DNA of 64,000 nucleotides, taken from assembly GCA_963733295.1 (NCBI GenBank), contig CAVTCS010000003.1, forward strand, positions 352,001-416,000. The letters are read 5' to 3'. Below are positions 1 through 10,751 of this stretch, in pieces (within the stretch, counting starts at the first letter, position 1; the number at the start of each line of letters is the position of its first letter). A program made the translations under genes and the position numbers. The notes beneath the pieces are model-generated. The model was given only the letters and a program-made list of their open reading frames with translations. It did not search any database and was not told where the DNA came from. This DNA comes from Vulcanimicrobiota bacterium (GTDB lineage: Bacteria; Vulcanimicrobiota; Vulcanimicrobiia; Vulcanimicrobiales; Vulcanimicrobiaceae).

Positions 1-120
1 GAAGCGGTTCAAGAGCTGGTGCAGAAGCAGGCCCACGCCGGCGGCGACTCGGTCGCGAAGCTTGCGTGGTCCGCGCTCGTCCGCATGCTCGACGCGAAAG
101 ATACATCGTACCGGAATTGA
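1..120 (+). CDS. 3' end of a gene cut by the window edge; probable class II aldolase/adducin family
   Basis: Frame 1 reads ...KLAWSALVRMLDAKDTSYRN*, resembling the LAWxALxRxLDxxDxSYR tail of that family; only 39 codons visible. Confidence 0.45.
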   Translation, partial: EAVQELVQKQAHAGGDSVAKLAWSALVRMLDAKDTSYRN

Positions 121-176
121 GGCAAGCGGAACTCAGCGGCTAGGCCGCCGAGCTCCGGCACCCTTGGAGCCTCCGA

Positions 177-1178
177 TCAGCGCGCGATGATCGAGAGCTG
201 TTGCGCGTCGAGGTCGTACTGGCCGGCCGCGACGAGTTGGTTCGGGTTTGCGCAGATGACGCTGTTGTCCGGACCGAAGATGACGACCAATCCCGGTGGA
301 CCGCACTGGACCTGTTGCAATTGGTAGTTCATCAACAGCGTCGCACCCGGACTGTTCGGCTGGACCTGGTACGACGTGACCGTCTGCTGCGTCGAGGAAC
401 TTACGATCGAGCCGTACACGGCAGCGCCCACTGCGGCGCTGGTCACACCGATCGCCAGGGCACCCCAGAAGCCGCCGCCCCAATAGTTGGTCGCGGGGTA
501 CCAAGCGACGCCATGATTCCAACCCCAACCGCCGCCGCCGTAGTAGTGGGGGTTGACGATGACCGTGCGATTCCCGTGGTATCCGTTGTAATAGCCGTTG
601 CCGTTGCTGCCGGGCGGGCGATAGTAGTTGCCGCCGTTCCCGTTGTTGGGCGGACGATAGTTGCCGCCGTTGTTATTGCCGTTTCCGCCGTTGGGTGGGC
701 GATAATTTCCGCCGTTCCCGCCGTTGTTTCCACCGTTGCCGCCGTTTGGCGGACGATAGTTGCCGCCGTTGTTCCCGCCATTTCCACCGTTGCCGCCGTT
801 TGGCGGACGATAGTTGCCGCCGTTATTTCCGCCGTTGCCACCGTTACCGCCGTTTGGTGGACGATAGTTGCCGCCGTTTCCGCCGGAGGGCGGCCGATTG
901 CCGCCACCTCCGCCGGGAGCAGGCGCTGGGCGCGTCGCAGGGCGACTGCCGGCGCTGACATCGCTGTTGAGATTAAAACCACCGCCGCTTGGCCGGGATC
1001 CGCCGCCGCTCGGTGGGCGCGCTCCGCCGCCGCCACTTGGACGAGCTCCGCCTCCGCCCGCGGGACGACCTCCGCCACCGCCTCCAGGGCGCCCGCCGCC
1101 CCCACGCTGCGCGGAAGCCGCGAGTGGTCCGCTGAGCGCGAGCGCCAGAGCGAGACCGAATGCCAGCGTTCGCTTCAT
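177..1178 (-). CDS. Secreted Gly/Asn/Pro/Arg low-complexity repeat protein with conserved C-terminal CGPP...VIC domain (module copy A, gene 2)
   Basis: ATG 1178 with GGAGGT RBS, ATGA overlap with upstream stop; signal peptide MKRTLAFGLALALALSGPLAASA; six YRPP repeats; C-terminus homologous to 18095-19171. Confidence 0.85.
   Translation of the reverse strand: MKRTLAFGLALALALSGPLAASAQRGGGGRPGGGGGGRPAGGGGARPSGGGGARPPSGGGSRPSGGGFNLNSDVSAGSRPATRPAPAPGGGGGNRPPSGGNGGNYRPPNGGNGGNGGNNGGNYRPPNGGNGGNGGNNGGNYRPPNGGNGGNNGGNGGNYRPPNGGNGNNNGGNYRPPNNGNGGNYYRPPGSNGNGYYNGYHGNRTVIVNPHYYGGGGWGWNHGVAWYPATNYWGGGFWGALAIGVTSAAVGAAVYGSIVSSSTQQTVTSYQVQPNSPGATLLMNYQLQQVQCGPPGLVVIFGPDNSVICANPNQLVAAGQYDLDAQQLSIIAR
610..885 (-). 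repeat. Coding tandem repeat, mostly 54 bp (GGNYRPPNGGNGGNGGNN)
   Basis: GG(A/G)CGATA anchors at 616, 652, 697, 751, 805, 859; 54-bp spacing for the last four. Confidence 0.9.
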
Positions 1179-1657
1179 TTCGAATGACCTCCAATCGGAC
1201 CGTCGATAACGCCGACGACCGTAATGTACGTTCCGATTTGCGTCTTCAGCGCCATGAGGATGCCGTTCGGCGGCAACTGCTGCGATGAGTGCGACATCTG
1301 CTGGCGCGAGCTCGTCAGATTCACATAGACGGTTCCATGTGCGAGATCGAGGGGTTTCGTTGCCCCGTTCTTCACAATGGAAATGTGCGAGATCAAACAT
1401 TTTTGCAGCTCGCCGGTATACGAGCAGGCCGCTTTGTCGACGATCAGTTTGTCCTCGCCGTCTGGCGACGTGATCGTGAGCGAGACCTGCTTCACGAGCG
1501 TAATCCCGACGCCCGGATACGTCCGGGTGATGCCGCTGGCTTTCACTATCGTCGTCGTGCCCTTTGCGTCGACCGGCGTGCCGGCAAGCGTCCCAGCGAA
1601 TGCCATGAGTGCGAACGCATAACTCGCTCGCGATAGATACCGAATGAACGAAGACAA
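1175..1657 (-). CDS. Small secreted two-Cys beta-rich protein (module copy A, gene 1)
   Basis: TTG 1657 preceded by GGAGGT; signal peptide; KAAC..GEL..C, GTVYVN.TS and SSQQLPP.G motifs shared with 17625-18098. Confidence 0.8.
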   Translation of the reverse strand: MSSFIRYLSRASYAFALMAFAGTLAGTPVDAKGTTTIVKASGITRTYPGVGITLVKQVSLTITSPDGEDKLIVDKAACSYTGELQKCLISHISIVKNGATKPLDLAHGTVYVNLTSSRQQMSHSSQQLPPNGILMALKTQIGTYITVVGVIDGPIGGHSK

Positions 1658-1796
1658 GAGATAAACCTCCCGGTCTGCGAGTGAGCAGCGCCGGATGACG
1701 GGCTTCTGCGCGGCATCCGGAGGGCCTGGCGAGCGGCCTCTCGCCCAACGCGAGCGGGAGGTGGCTGCCCGAGTCGACGCCTATATAGGCTAGGCT

Positions 1797-3080
1797 TTGC
1801 AACTGGCGCGGAATCGTCGTTTCCTGGGAGCGGCGGCTTTTACCGGAGCCGCCGTCTCGTTGCTTGCGGGGTGCGGCCACAAAGACGAGACCGCAGCAAA
1901 CGTCACGGCACCCCCGCCGGTCGTCCTCGTGAGCACGCTTCGCACTCAAACCGTTCCGATCAGCGATCAATATCAGGGCACGACCGGCGCGATCGAATCC
2001 GTCGAAGTCCGCGCGCGCGTCGAAGGCATCCTGGAGAGCGCGCCTTTCAAGGAAGGGACGCTGGTCCACAAGGGCCAGCTCATCTTCCAGCTTCAAAAAG
2101 ACAAGTACCAAGCGACGTTGATGGCGGCTCAAGGTGCGCTGTTGCGAGCGAAAGCTGCTCTACTGCAGGCGGAGGACACCGTCCCCGTGCAACTCGCGCA
2201 GGCGAACCTCGCTCAGAAACAAGCGATGCTGACGCGCGCCAACATCACCGTCGCGCGCGTCGGTCCACTGGCCGCGGACAAGGCCCTGCCGCAAAAAGAC
2301 TTGGACAATGCGATCCAGAGTCAAGCTGCGGCAAAAGCCGACGTGGATGCGTCCGAGGCTCAGCTGATCAACGCGAAGGTCGACCAACAAGCGGCGATCG
2401 AGTCCGCCAAAGGACAGGTCCTCTCGTCGAAAGCCGACGTCCAGAACGCGACGCTGAATCTCAGCTACACGACGATCTATGCGCCGGTGACCGGATTGAT
2501 CGGATTCTTGAAGTACGACGTCGGCAACATCGTAGGCGGTGCCGGCAACGAAGTGCTCGATACGATGACGACGATCGATCCGATCAAAGTCAACTTCGCG
2601 GTAGACGAGAATACGTATCTCGCTCTAGCCGGCACCAAACGCGATCCGAACGTGCGCGCGCTCAAAGACCAAGCGCTGAAGCTGCTGCTCGCGAACGGTG
2701 ACGTGTACGCGCATGCGGGTTCGCTCTACACCGTGAATCCGACGCTCGATACGAAGACCGGCACGATTGCCGTCGAGGCGCGCTTCCCCAATCCGGACGG
2801 CTTGATCCGGCCGGGCCAGTTCGCGCGCGTGAGCATCGTCGTCCAGAATCGGCCGAAAGCCCTGCTCGTCCCGCAAGTCGCGATCGTTCAGGTCCAAGGC
2901 GTCAACACCGCTTACGTCGTCAATTCGCAGGACATCGTCGACTTGCGCACCGTGACGCTCGGTCCGCAATTCGGCGATAGCTTCGTCGTCAACAGCGGCC
3001 TCAATGCCGGCGATCGCGTCATCGTGCAAGGCACGCAGAAGGTGAAGCCGGGGACGAAAGTGATCGTGCAGGCCGGCTAG
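1797..3080 (+). CDS. RND efflux periplasmic adaptor (MFP), lipoprotein
   Basis: Lipobox [25 protein letters not shown] and [13 protein letters not shown] motifs; exact start uncertain. Confidence 0.92.
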   Translation: MQLARNRRFLGAAAFTGAAVSLLAGCGHKDETAANVTAPPPVVLVSTLRTQTVPISDQYQGTTGAIESVEVRARVEGILESAPFKEGTLVHKGQLIFQLQKDKYQATLMAAQGALLRAKAALLQAEDTVPVQLAQANLAQKQAMLTRANITVARVGPLAADKALPQKDLDNAIQSQAAAKADVDASEAQLINAKVDQQAAIESAKGQVLSSKADVQNATLNLSYTTIYAPVTGLIGFLKYDVGNIVGGAGNEVLDTMTTIDPIKVNFAVDENTYLALAGTKRDPNVRALKDQALKLLLANGDVYAHAGSLYTVNPTLDTKTGTIAVEARFPNPDGLIRPGQFARVSIVVQNRPKALLVPQVAIVQVQGVNTAYVVNSQDIVDLRTVTLGPQFGDSFVVNSGLNAGDRVIVQGTQKVKPGTKVIVQAG

Positions 3081-3082
3081 GC

Positions 3083-6000
3083 ATGTCGCATTTTTTTATC
3101 CGGCGCCCCATTTTTGCGATCGTTCTCTCGATCGTAATCTCGCTCGTCGGCCTCCTTTCGATCCTCGCCTTGCCGGTCGCAATGTTTCCGCCGATCTCTC
3201 CTCCGGTCATCCAAGTTCAAGCGACGTATCTTGGAGCGAGCGCTTCGGTCATCGAGAAATCGGTCGCATCGGCCATCGAAAACCAGGTCGTCGGCGTCGA
3301 CAACATGATCTACATGCAATCGACGAGCACGTCGAACGGGCTCTATACGCTCAATTGCACGTTCAAGGTGGGCTCGAACCTCGAGCAGGCGCTGATCGAC
3401 GTTCAGAATCGCGTGCAGCAAGCCTCGGGCTTCTTGCCGTCGCAGGTCGTTACGTACGGCGTGACCGTGAAGAAGGTCTCGCCCCAGCTCCTCATGGTCG
3501 TCTCACTGTACTCGCCGGGCAACGCCTACGATTCGGTGTTTCTCAGTAACTACGCGACGATCAACTTGATCAATCCGTTGCTCTCGGTTCCGGGCATCGG
3601 CAGCAATTCGGTCATCGGACAGTTCAACTACGCGATGCGTTCTTGGGTGCGGCCGGACAAGCTCGCGAAGCTGGGGCTTCAGCCGAGCGATCTTTCAAAT
3701 GCAATTCAATCGCAGAACGTGCTCGTCCCGACCGGTTCCGTCGGACAGCCGCCGGCCTCGAGCGCAGCCCAATATCAACTCTCGGTGAACGCGCCGGGCC
3801 AACTCGAAACGACCAAGCAGTTTGCCGACATCATCGTCAAAACGAATCCGGACGGATCGGTCTTGCGTCTGGGCGACGTTTCGCGCCTCGAGCTCGGCGC
3901 GCAGCAATACGTCACGATCGGTCGCACCTCGGGACTCCCCTCGACGGTGATCCTCCTCTATCAGACGCCCGACGCGAACGCCCTTGGGACGGCGAAAGCC
4001 GTCCGTGCGACGATGGAACAACTGAAAACGCAGTTCCCGCCCGGTCTCGACTATTCGGTTCCGTACGACAGCACGCTCTTCGTGAGCAGCTCGATACACG
4101 ACGTCATCCAGACGCTCGTCGAAGCGATCGTCCTCGTCATTCTCGTCGTGCTGGTGTTCCTCGGAAGCTTCCGAACCGCGTTCATCCCGATGCTCGCCGT
4201 CCCGGTATCGCTGCTGGGAACGTTCGCGGCGTTCGTAGCCCTTGGGTTCAGCATCAACACGCTCACGCTGTTCGGCCTCGTGCTCGCGATCGGCCTGGTG
4301 GTCGACGACGCGATCGTGGTGGTCGAGGCGGTCGAGAAGCACGTCGAGGACGGACTCGAGGTGGAAGCGGCGACGGAGAAAGCGATGCGGGAACTGCAAG
4401 GTCCGGTCATCGGCGTCGCGCTCGTGCTGGTTTCGGTGTTCTTGCCGGCGGCTTTCATTAGCGGCATTACCGGCCAACTGTACCGGCAATTCGCGCTCAC
4501 GCTCTCCGTGTCGGTCAGTATTTCGGCGTTCGTGGCCCTGACGTTGACGCCGGCGCTGTGCACGTTGATCCTACGGCCGGGGCGCAAACGGTTATGGGGA
4601 CCCTTCGGTTGGTTCATCGAGCGCTTCAACGCGTTCTTCGCACAAACGACGCGCGGCTACATGTCGATCCTGGTTTGGCTCTTGCGCCGAACGGCGGTGG
4701 TCCTCGGGATTCTCGCGCTCTTCTACGTTGCCGACGGGTACTTCGGAATGACTATTCCCGGCGGCTTCGTGCCGATCGAGGATCAGGGGGTCGCGTTCCT
4801 TCAGATTCAACTCCCCTACGGCACCTCGCTCAATCGGAACGACGCTCTAACGAAGCAAATGGAGCGGGAAGTGCTGAAGATGCCCGGCGTCAAGGACGTC
4901 GTCACGCTCGCCGGCTTCAGCATACTCAGCACCGTCAGTACGTCCGACACGTCGAGCCTCATCGTGACGCTCATACCGTGGGACGAGCGCAAGAGCAAAG
5001 AGCTGAGCTTGCGCTCGATCGTGACCAACCTCTACGCTAAATTGAACAAGTACCCCGAAGCTCAGATATTCCCGTTCGTGCCGCCCACGATACCCGGGCT
5101 CGGCAACTCGTCCGGTTTCAACTTCGAACTTCAGGATCTCTCGGGTCACAGCATCGGCGACCTGGCAAAAGTCGCCGACGCGGTCATGCTTGCCGCTTCG
5201 AAGCGTCCGGAGTTGGCTCAGCTCAAGAGCACGATGCGTCCGTACGTTCCTCAAATCGCGATGAACATCGATCGTAACAAGGTCAAGGCGCTCGGTTTGA
5301 ACGTGAGCGACGTGTTCCAGAACCTGCAGGCCTACTTGGGCGGGTTCACCGTGAATCAGTTCACGCTCTTCAATCGCACGTGGAACGTGATGATTCAAGC
5401 CGAACCGAACTACCGCGTCGATCAGAACAGCTTGAACGCGCTCTACGTGCGGAACGACAACAACCAGATGGTTCCGATTTCGACCGTCGCAACGTGGCAT
5501 CGCGCTTCCGGCGCCGACGTGATCCAGCGCTTCAATACGAATCGGGAGGTCGAAATCTTCGGTCAGAACGCTCCCGGATACAGCAGCGCACAAGCCTTGG
5601 CCGCCATGACCGCCGTTGCAAAGGAGACGCTGCCCCCGGGCTATGGCTTCGGATGGGCCGGGACCGCCTACCAGCAAATCAGCGTGGGCAATACCCAGAG
5701 CCTGATTTTCGTGCTCTCGTTGATCCTGGTCTTTCTGTTCCTCGCGGCGCAATACGAAAGCTGGTTGACGCCCCTCGGCGTGATCGCCGGCGTGCCGATC
5801 GGAATCTTCGGCGCCTTTCTTTCGGTCGTATTGTGGCGGCTCGACAACAACGTTTACGTTCAAATAGGCTTGATCATGCTGATCGGGCTTGCGGCGAAGA
5901 ACGCGATTCTGATCGTCGAATTCGCGCGCGAGCAGCGAGCCGAAGGTCAGCCGATTCTCGAGGCGGCGCGCCTCGGTGCCCAGCTGCGCTTTCGCCCCAT

Positions 6001-6256
6001 CCTGATGACCTCGTTCGCGTTCATCATCGGCGTCATACCGTTGATGCTCGCCTCCGGCGCGGGTGCCGCGTCGCGGCACTCGCTGGGATCCACGGTGTTC
6101 GGGGGAATGCTTGCAGCCACGTGCATCGGAGTATTCTTCATCCCGACGCTCTACGAAGTGATGCAGCATCTCATCGAACGGGGCGCGAAGGGGAAGGCGG
6201 GTAACGCGGAGGCCGCCACGGCGCAAACGGTTGCTCCGCGCGAAGGCCCCGCGTGA
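3083..6256 (+). CDS. HAE1-type RND efflux permease (AcrB/MexF-like)
   Basis: 1057 aa; FFIRRPIFA start, [32 protein letters not shown]. Confidence 0.96.
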   Translation: MSHFFIRRPIFAIVLSIVISLVGLLSILALPVAMFPPISPPVIQVQATYLGASASVIEKSVASAIENQVVGVDNMIYMQSTSTSNGLYTLNCTFKVGSNLEQALIDVQNRVQQASGFLPSQVVTYGVTVKKVSPQLLMVVSLYSPGNAYDSVFLSNYATINLINPLLSVPGIGSNSVIGQFNYAMRSWVRPDKLAKLGLQPSDLSNAIQSQNVLVPTGSVGQPPASSAAQYQLSVNAPGQLETTKQFADIIVKTNPDGSVLRLGDVSRLELGAQQYVTIGRTSGLPSTVILLYQTPDANALGTAKAVRATMEQLKTQFPPGLDYSVPYDSTLFVSSSIHDVIQTLVEAIVLVILVVLVFLGSFRTAFIPMLAVPVSLLGTFAAFVALGFSINTLTLFGLVLAIGLVVDDAIVVVEAVEKHVEDGLEVEAATEKAMRELQGPVIGVALVLVSVFLPAAFISGITGQLYRQFALTLSVSVSISAFVALTLTPALCTLILRPGRKRLWGPFGWFIERFNAFFAQTTRGYMSILVWLLRRTAVVLGILALFYVADGYFGMTIPGGFVPIEDQGVAFLQIQLPYGTSLNRNDALTKQMEREVLKMPGVKDVVTLAGFSILSTVSTSDTSSLIVTLIPWDERKSKELSLRSIVTNLYAKLNKYPEAQIFPFVPPTIPGLGNSSGFNFELQDLSGHSIGDLAKVADAVMLAASKRPELAQLKSTMRPYVPQIAMNIDRNKVKALGLNVSDVFQNLQAYLGGFTVNQFTLFNRTWNVMIQAEPNYRVDQNSLNALYVRNDNNQMVPISTVATWHRASGADVIQRFNTNREVEIFGQNAPGYSSAQALAAMTAVAKETLPPGYGFGWAGTAYQQISVGNTQSLIFVLSLILVFLFLAAQYESWLTPLGVIAGVPIGIFGAFLSVVLWRLDNNVYVQIGLIMLIGLAAKNAILIVEFAREQRAEGQPILEAARLGAQLRFRPILMTSFAFIIGVIPLMLASGAGAASRHSLGSTVFGGMLAATCIGVFFIPTLYEVMQHLIERGAKGKAGNAEAATAQTVAPREGPA

Positions 6257-7683
6257 AGCTCGCGCTCGCGACGGCTCTTTTACTCTCCGCGATCGCGTCG
6301 TGCGTTCCGAACACGCCGACGCAGCCGCCCGACTCGCACTTGCCCGCGACCTATCGCGGAACCGAGGGTGAAACGACGGTCTCGCTCGCAGCTTCGCCCT
6401 GGAAAAAAATCTACGGCGATCCGGTGTTGCAGAGCTTGATCGAACAAGCGCTCGAGAAGAACTACACCGTACAGCAAGCCTACGCCGCCGTGCTGGCCGC
6501 CAAGGCGAATCTCGACATTGTTGCCGGCAACCAGCAACCGCAGGCCGGCGCGACGGTGCAGGCCCCGTACCAAGCGAACGCGGGACAAATCTCGCGCATC
6601 ACCCCGACGAGCGAGTTCGGTCCCGCGGCGTCGATCAGTGCGAGCTATCAGATCGATCTCTTCGGTAAGTTGGCATCGGCGACGTCGGGCGCACGCGCGC
6701 AGCTCTTCGCGACGCAAGAGGCCCGAAACGTCGTGCTGATTACGCTCGTGAGTCAGGTCGCGTCGGCGTACTTTCAGCTGCTCGAGCTCGACGCGCTGCA
6801 AACCATTACGAACAAAACGGTGGTCGCCCGCAAAGAGAACGTCCGGCTTACGGCCTTGCGGGTCGACTACGGTCAAGTCTCGCTCCAGGATCTGCGTCAG
6901 GCGCAGCAGGCTCTTTACGAAACGACCGAGCAGCTTCCGCTCATCGCTCAGAGCATCGCGCAGACGGAAGACGCGCTCTCGGTCTTGACCGGCGACTATC
7001 CCCATTCGATCGCGCGCGGCTTATCGCTCGAAGATCAGATCGCGATGCCGGAGTTTCCGCCCACGGGAGTTCCGAGCGAACTGCTTTTCCGGCGACCCGA
7101 CATCGAGCAAGCCGAGTATACCCTCGCCGCCGCCGACGCGAACCTCGACGTCGCACGCAAGGAGCTCTACCCGTCACTAAGCCTGGGCGCGACGGTCGCA
7201 GTCTCCGGCCAAGTCGTCAACGGCATAAACCTCCCGCCCGTCTTGGCTCCGGTCGCCAATATCAACAACGTCTTCTACGGACCGACGGGCCTCTTCGCGC
7301 TCTTGCCGCAGTTGACGCAGACGATCTTTTCGGGAGGCAGGCTTCAAGCGAACGTCCGGCTGACGCAAGCGCAACAGCAGCAGGAGGCGCTATCCTATCT
7401 CCAAACGATGTTGAGCGCATTTCAGGAAGTAGCCGACGACGTCGCCGCGTACGACCAGCAGCGCGCGTATCGCGTCCAAGTCGGTCTGTACGAAGCAGCC
7501 TCGACCGATTCGTTGCGCTTAGCGAACGAACGCTACGACGCCGGACAAACTTCCTACCTCGAAGTTCTCAACGCGGAGACGCGGAGCTACCAAGCCGACA
7601 CGAGTCTCGAACAGGCTAAACTGAGCGAGCGTCTCGCGCTCGTGCAGCTCTATCTGGCGCTGGGCGGCGGCTGGCAGAGTTAA
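6253..7683 (+). CDS. RND outer-membrane factor lipoprotein (NodT/OprM family)
   Basis: GTGA overlap; lipobox [15 protein letters not shown] and LYLALGGGW motifs. Confidence 0.93.
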   Translation: MKLALATALLLSAIASCVPNTPTQPPDSHLPATYRGTEGETTVSLAASPWKKIYGDPVLQSLIEQALEKNYTVQQAYAAVLAAKANLDIVAGNQQPQAGATVQAPYQANAGQISRITPTSEFGPAASISASYQIDLFGKLASATSGARAQLFATQEARNVVLITLVSQVASAYFQLLELDALQTITNKTVVARKENVRLTALRVDYGQVSLQDLRQAQQALYETTEQLPLIAQSIAQTEDALSVLTGDYPHSIARGLSLEDQIAMPEFPPTGVPSELLFRRPDIEQAEYTLAAADANLDVARKELYPSLSLGATVAVSGQVVNGINLPPVLAPVANINNVFYGPTGLFALLPQLTQTIFSGGRLQANVRLTQAQQQQEALSYLQTMLSAFQEVADDVAAYDQQRAYRVQVGLYEAASTDSLRLANERYDAGQTSYLEVLNAETRSYQADTSLEQAKLSERLALVQLYLALGGGWQS

Positions 7684-7696
7684 AGCGCGGGACGTC

Positions 7697-8941
7697 TTAG
7701 ACGGTTTGGGTCGCCGCCATCGAAGCGAAATCGAAGTGCTGGAACCCGGCGTTGCCGTCGTTTTGACCGATCGCATACGTGCGCGCGATGTCCGCACTGT
7801 TGTCGAATCCGAGCAGCTTCGCCGGCAGAACCGATTTGGGCCGTAACAGATAGAACTGCGTGTCGTACAACGCGGCCCGCAGACCCGTCAGCTGATCGAC
7901 GGTGATGCCGGCGAGATTCGCAAGCTTCGCGACGAATTCGGGCGTCAGCTGGTTCAGAGCCTGGAGCAAGAGCGACTGAAGGTAGGCGACGCGAAGCGTT
8001 TCTTCGATGAGTCGACGTTGCATCGTGTCGAAGGCGGCCATCGAAATCTCGACGGCGTTGTCGTACGTTTCGCTGTGGAAGGCCGGATTCAGCACGATCG
8101 CATCGACCCTGAGGGCGAGGGCGCGAGCGATGTTGACCGGCGTGTTAGCCGTGACCCCACCGTCGACGTACGCGCATGGCTTCCCGTCCGGACCCGGTAA
8201 CATAACCGGGTCGAACGCGAGGGGCACCGCGGCCGACGCGCGCAATTGATCGACGAGCAGCGCGCGGGTCGCCGGTCGAACGGGGACGTCCCGGCCCACC
8301 GCCAGGTGGATTGACGTGAGAGCGAGCTGCAGCTTCTCCGGGCTGGTGCCGTCGGGTGCGAGATAGAAATACTCGGGGATCTGCAGCGTAAGATTGGTGA
8401 CGGCCCAGAGCATGGGCGTGGCGACGGGTACGCTGAAGTCCAAGTAAGCGAGGAGGAAGCTGCGCAGGTGGTCCCCGTCGAGGATGCCCTTTTCGTTCTT
8501 GAAGAGGCCGGTGCCGAGACTCAGCGCCTCGAGTGCCCTGTTGCTGAGCCCGCTCGATGGGTTCGTGATCTTCGCGAACTGCGGTTTGAGCCGAATGACG
8601 TTCTCTCTGGCGATCGTCGACCAGAGATCGCGCAGCTTCGCGTACTGTCCCGTGGCCACGAGGTACGCATTGAAGGCGCCGATCGAGGTTCCCGCAATCA
8701 ACTCGTACGGCCCGAGCTGTCGCCCTTCGACAGTTCCGTAGCGTGCCACGAGCGCCTCGACGACGCCCGCTTCATACGCTCCGAGCGCTCCTCCGCCGCT
8801 TAAGACCAACGCTTGCTTCAGCGCGCGAACGGGTGGTCCCGGCGCCGGAGCCTGGGCCAGGGCCGGACGCGCGGCGAGCGCCGTCTGCAGGGCGGCTCCC
8901 AGGATTGCAAACTCCGCGCGAGTTATCCCACGTTCGGACAT
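7697..8941 (-). CDS. Patatin-like phospholipase, probably exported
   Basis: GGGALG, GTSIG and DGG motifs; ATG 8941 with AGGAGAAGG RBS; Tat-like N-terminus TRAEF...ALA. Confidence 0.88.
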   Translation of the reverse strand: MSERGITRAEFAILGAALQTALAARPALAQAPAPGPPVRALKQALVLSGGGALGAYEAGVVEALVARYGTVEGRQLGPYELIAGTSIGAFNAYLVATGQYAKLRDLWSTIARENVIRLKPQFAKITNPSSGLSNRALEALSLGTGLFKNEKGILDGDHLRSFLLAYLDFSVPVATPMLWAVTNLTLQIPEYFYLAPDGTSPEKLQLALTSIHLAVGRDVPVRPATRALLVDQLRASAAVPLAFDPVMLPGPDGKPCAYVDGGVTANTPVNIARALALRVDAIVLNPAFHSETYDNAVEISMAAFDTMQRRLIEETLRVAYLQSLLLQALNQLTPEFVAKLANLAGITVDQLTGLRAALYDTQFYLLRPKSVLPAKLLGFDNSADIARTYAIGQNDGNAGFQHFDFASMAATQTV

Positions 8942-9008
8942 GATTTCGTTGCCTTCTCCTCGCGAGAACGCGTCGACCTTGCCGGGATGCTCGCAAGCGC
9001 GCTGGTCC

Positions 9009-9051
9009 TTGCAATTCTCGGATAGCCTTGACCACCTTTTTCGGCTACACT
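9009..9051 (+). promoter_or_regulatory. Putative AraC/EutR-type box with -10 element
   Basis: TTGC-aattctc-GGATAGCC (9009-9027), 18 nt, TACACT (9046-9051); same layout at 16705-16748. Confidence 0.6.
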
Positions 9052-9054
9052 GCG

Positions 9055-9086
9055 CTGTAGCACTTCTTAGCTGTAGCACTTCTTAG
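9055..9086. repeat. Perfect 16-bp tandem duplication in a 5' UTR
   Basis: CTGTAGCACTTCTTAG twice, running into the AGGAGA RBS of 9098. Confidence 0.95.
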
Positions 9087-9097
9087 GAGATAAGCCG

Positions 9098-9940
9098 TTG
9101 CCGCCGACCTTTCGCCGGACGCTGAAAACACTCGTTTGCGCATCGACCCTCGCCGTGTTTGCGCTGCACGGAACTCCGGCGCGAGCCGACGACAATCCGT
9201 ACGACGGGAAACTAAATTTCACGCTCACCCCGTACGTTTGGGGTCCGACGATCAACGCAACGTTCGGTTACGATGTAGGTGACCTCCACCAGAACCTACC
9301 GAACCCGCCTGCGGGGACGATCCAGACGCAAATCGGACCGAATTCGTACTTAACGCACCTGACCTTCGCGCTGATGGCGGCCGCCTCGGTGCGCAAGGGC
9401 AACTTGGCGCTCTACACCGATTTCATCAACGTGAATGCGGGTAACCAAGCGACGAGCGCGTTCACTCTGGTGGGTCCCCTCGGCAACCCTCACACGTTCA
9501 CCGGCAACGTCAATGCTCACGCCTTTGCAACGCTCTGGACGGTCGGTCCGAGTTATACGGTCTTCAACCAGCAGGGAACGACGGTCGACGTACTCGCGGG
9601 TGGACGGTTTGCGTGGGTCAAGACGTCGTTCGACTACCAACTCACGGGGCCGAACGGGATCTTTAATCCGAGCGGCAGTGCCTCGAAGACCGGTACGCTG
9701 TCTGACGTGCTTATCGGGACATACGGGAAAATCGGGCTTGGCTCGCACTGGTCGATCCCGTTCTACTGGGACCTCGGCACAGGCACGCCGGCCTTCACCA
9801 CGGAACTCGTTGGCGGCATCAAGTACGGTCAACTCTCGCTGTTGTGGCGGTACCTCGATTACTCCAACGCCAGCAGCGGCAAACTCGTACAAAGTATGAA
9901 CCTGAACGGCCCGATGATCGGGTACACGTTCCGCTTCTGA
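9098..9940 (+). CDS. Putative outer-membrane beta-barrel protein
   Basis: TTG with AGGAGA RBS; signal peptide; alternating beta-strand pattern; terminal YTFRF resembling a Bam beta-signal. Confidence 0.75.
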   Translation: MPPTFRRTLKTLVCASTLAVFALHGTPARADDNPYDGKLNFTLTPYVWGPTINATFGYDVGDLHQNLPNPPAGTIQTQIGPNSYLTHLTFALMAAASVRKGNLALYTDFINVNAGNQATSAFTLVGPLGNPHTFTGNVNAHAFATLWTVGPSYTVFNQQGTTVDVLAGGRFAWVKTSFDYQLTGPNGIFNPSGSASKTGTLSDVLIGTYGKIGLGSHWSIPFYWDLGTGTPAFTTELVGGIKYGQLSLLWRYLDYSNASSGKLVQSMNLNGPMIGYTFRF

Positions 9941-9999
9941 CGAGTAGCGCACGAGTCGGATGAACTCGTACAACACCGAAACGAAAGAGGTCAGTTAGA

Positions 10000-10680
10000 G
10001 TGAAGCGTTTAGTTTTCGCACTTCTTTGTGGATTCGCAATCTCTGCGCTATCGAGCGCTCCCGCATTCGCGAGCCCGCCGAATATCACGGGCAATTGGAC
10101 TATCGAGCAGACCGGCCTGAACGGCACATCAACGAGCAAAGTAACTCTGACACAGTCGGGAATGGGCATCGTCGGCACCAACGCTGCCAACGGCAACGGG
10201 TTCACCGGAACCTTCGTCGACGACTCGAAAATCAACGGGAAGTGGCACGGTCCGAGTGGAGCGGGCTGGCTGACCGTCTACGTCAGCCCTAACGGTCATA
10301 GCTTCAACGGCACGTGGGGGTACAACGGAAGGTCGGCCAACGGGAGTTTCACCGGCAACAAGTACTTGCCGCCGGGTCCAATCAGCGCTGCCGGAACTTG
10401 GAACGTCGTCGCCGCGGGCGGCCCGGCGTCCTTCGTCGGACCGATGACTTGCACGGAATCCGGAGTGGTTTCCGTCTGTAAGATTCACGGCGTCGTCATC
10501 AACGGCAAGTTCCGGACCAAGGACAAGATCAGAGCGACCTGGAGCGGTCCGCACGGGACCGGCTGGTTCTCGTACTGGTTCAACGGCGACAACAACAGCT
10601 TCAACGGTGTTTGGGGCTACGGACCGGATACGTCACCCGCGGCCGGCCGCGTCGTCGGTCAGCGCTCACTGGGCGGTTAA
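10000..10680 (+). CDS. Secreted protein with two tandem beta-rich domains
   Basis: Signal peptide ending AFA; internal duplication KINGKWHGPSGAGW...SFNGTWGY and KIRATWSGPHGTGW...SFNGVWGY. Confidence 0.8.
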   Translation: MKRLVFALLCGFAISALSSAPAFASPPNITGNWTIEQTGLNGTSTSKVTLTQSGMGIVGTNAANGNGFTGTFVDDSKINGKWHGPSGAGWLTVYVSPNGHSFNGTWGYNGRSANGSFTGNKYLPPGPISAAGTWNVVAAGGPASFVGPMTCTESGVVSVCKIHGVVINGKFRTKDKIRATWSGPHGTGWFSYWFNGDNNSFNGVWGYGPDTSPAAGRVVGQRSLGG

Positions 10681-10698
10681 GTTAAGGGCCGAAAGGCA

Positions 10699-10731
10699 AA
10701 AGGGGACGCTCGAATTTCGAGCGTCCCCTTT
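10699..10731. terminator. Probable bidirectional intrinsic terminator
   Basis: Perfect 16-bp inverted repeat AAAGGGGACGCTCGAA-T-TTCGAGCGTCCCCTTT between convergent genes. Confidence 0.88.
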
Positions 10732-10751
10732 CTCCATGCGGCGAGATCCGG

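Noticed and set aside
610..885. Repeats as CRISPR array (also 9055 and 62177)
   Set aside because: No unique spacers, in-frame or directly tandem, no cas genes
1691..1790. CCGGATG...CATCCGG inverted repeat and GCCTATATAGGC palindrome as the AraC box for module A
   Set aside because: Lacks the TTGC half and the fixed -10 spacing; may be another operator but unsupported, so module A cannot be placed in the regulon
177..2132. 651-aa ORF in the track
   Set aside because: N-terminal half overlaps 1175-1657 and is antisense to the MFP; RBS and signal peptide place the start at 1178
3695..6226. Long antisense and alternate-frame ORFs here and throughout (e.g. 35951-37630, 38076-39695)
   Set aside because: Shadow ORFs expected from high-GC codon bias opposite well-supported genes
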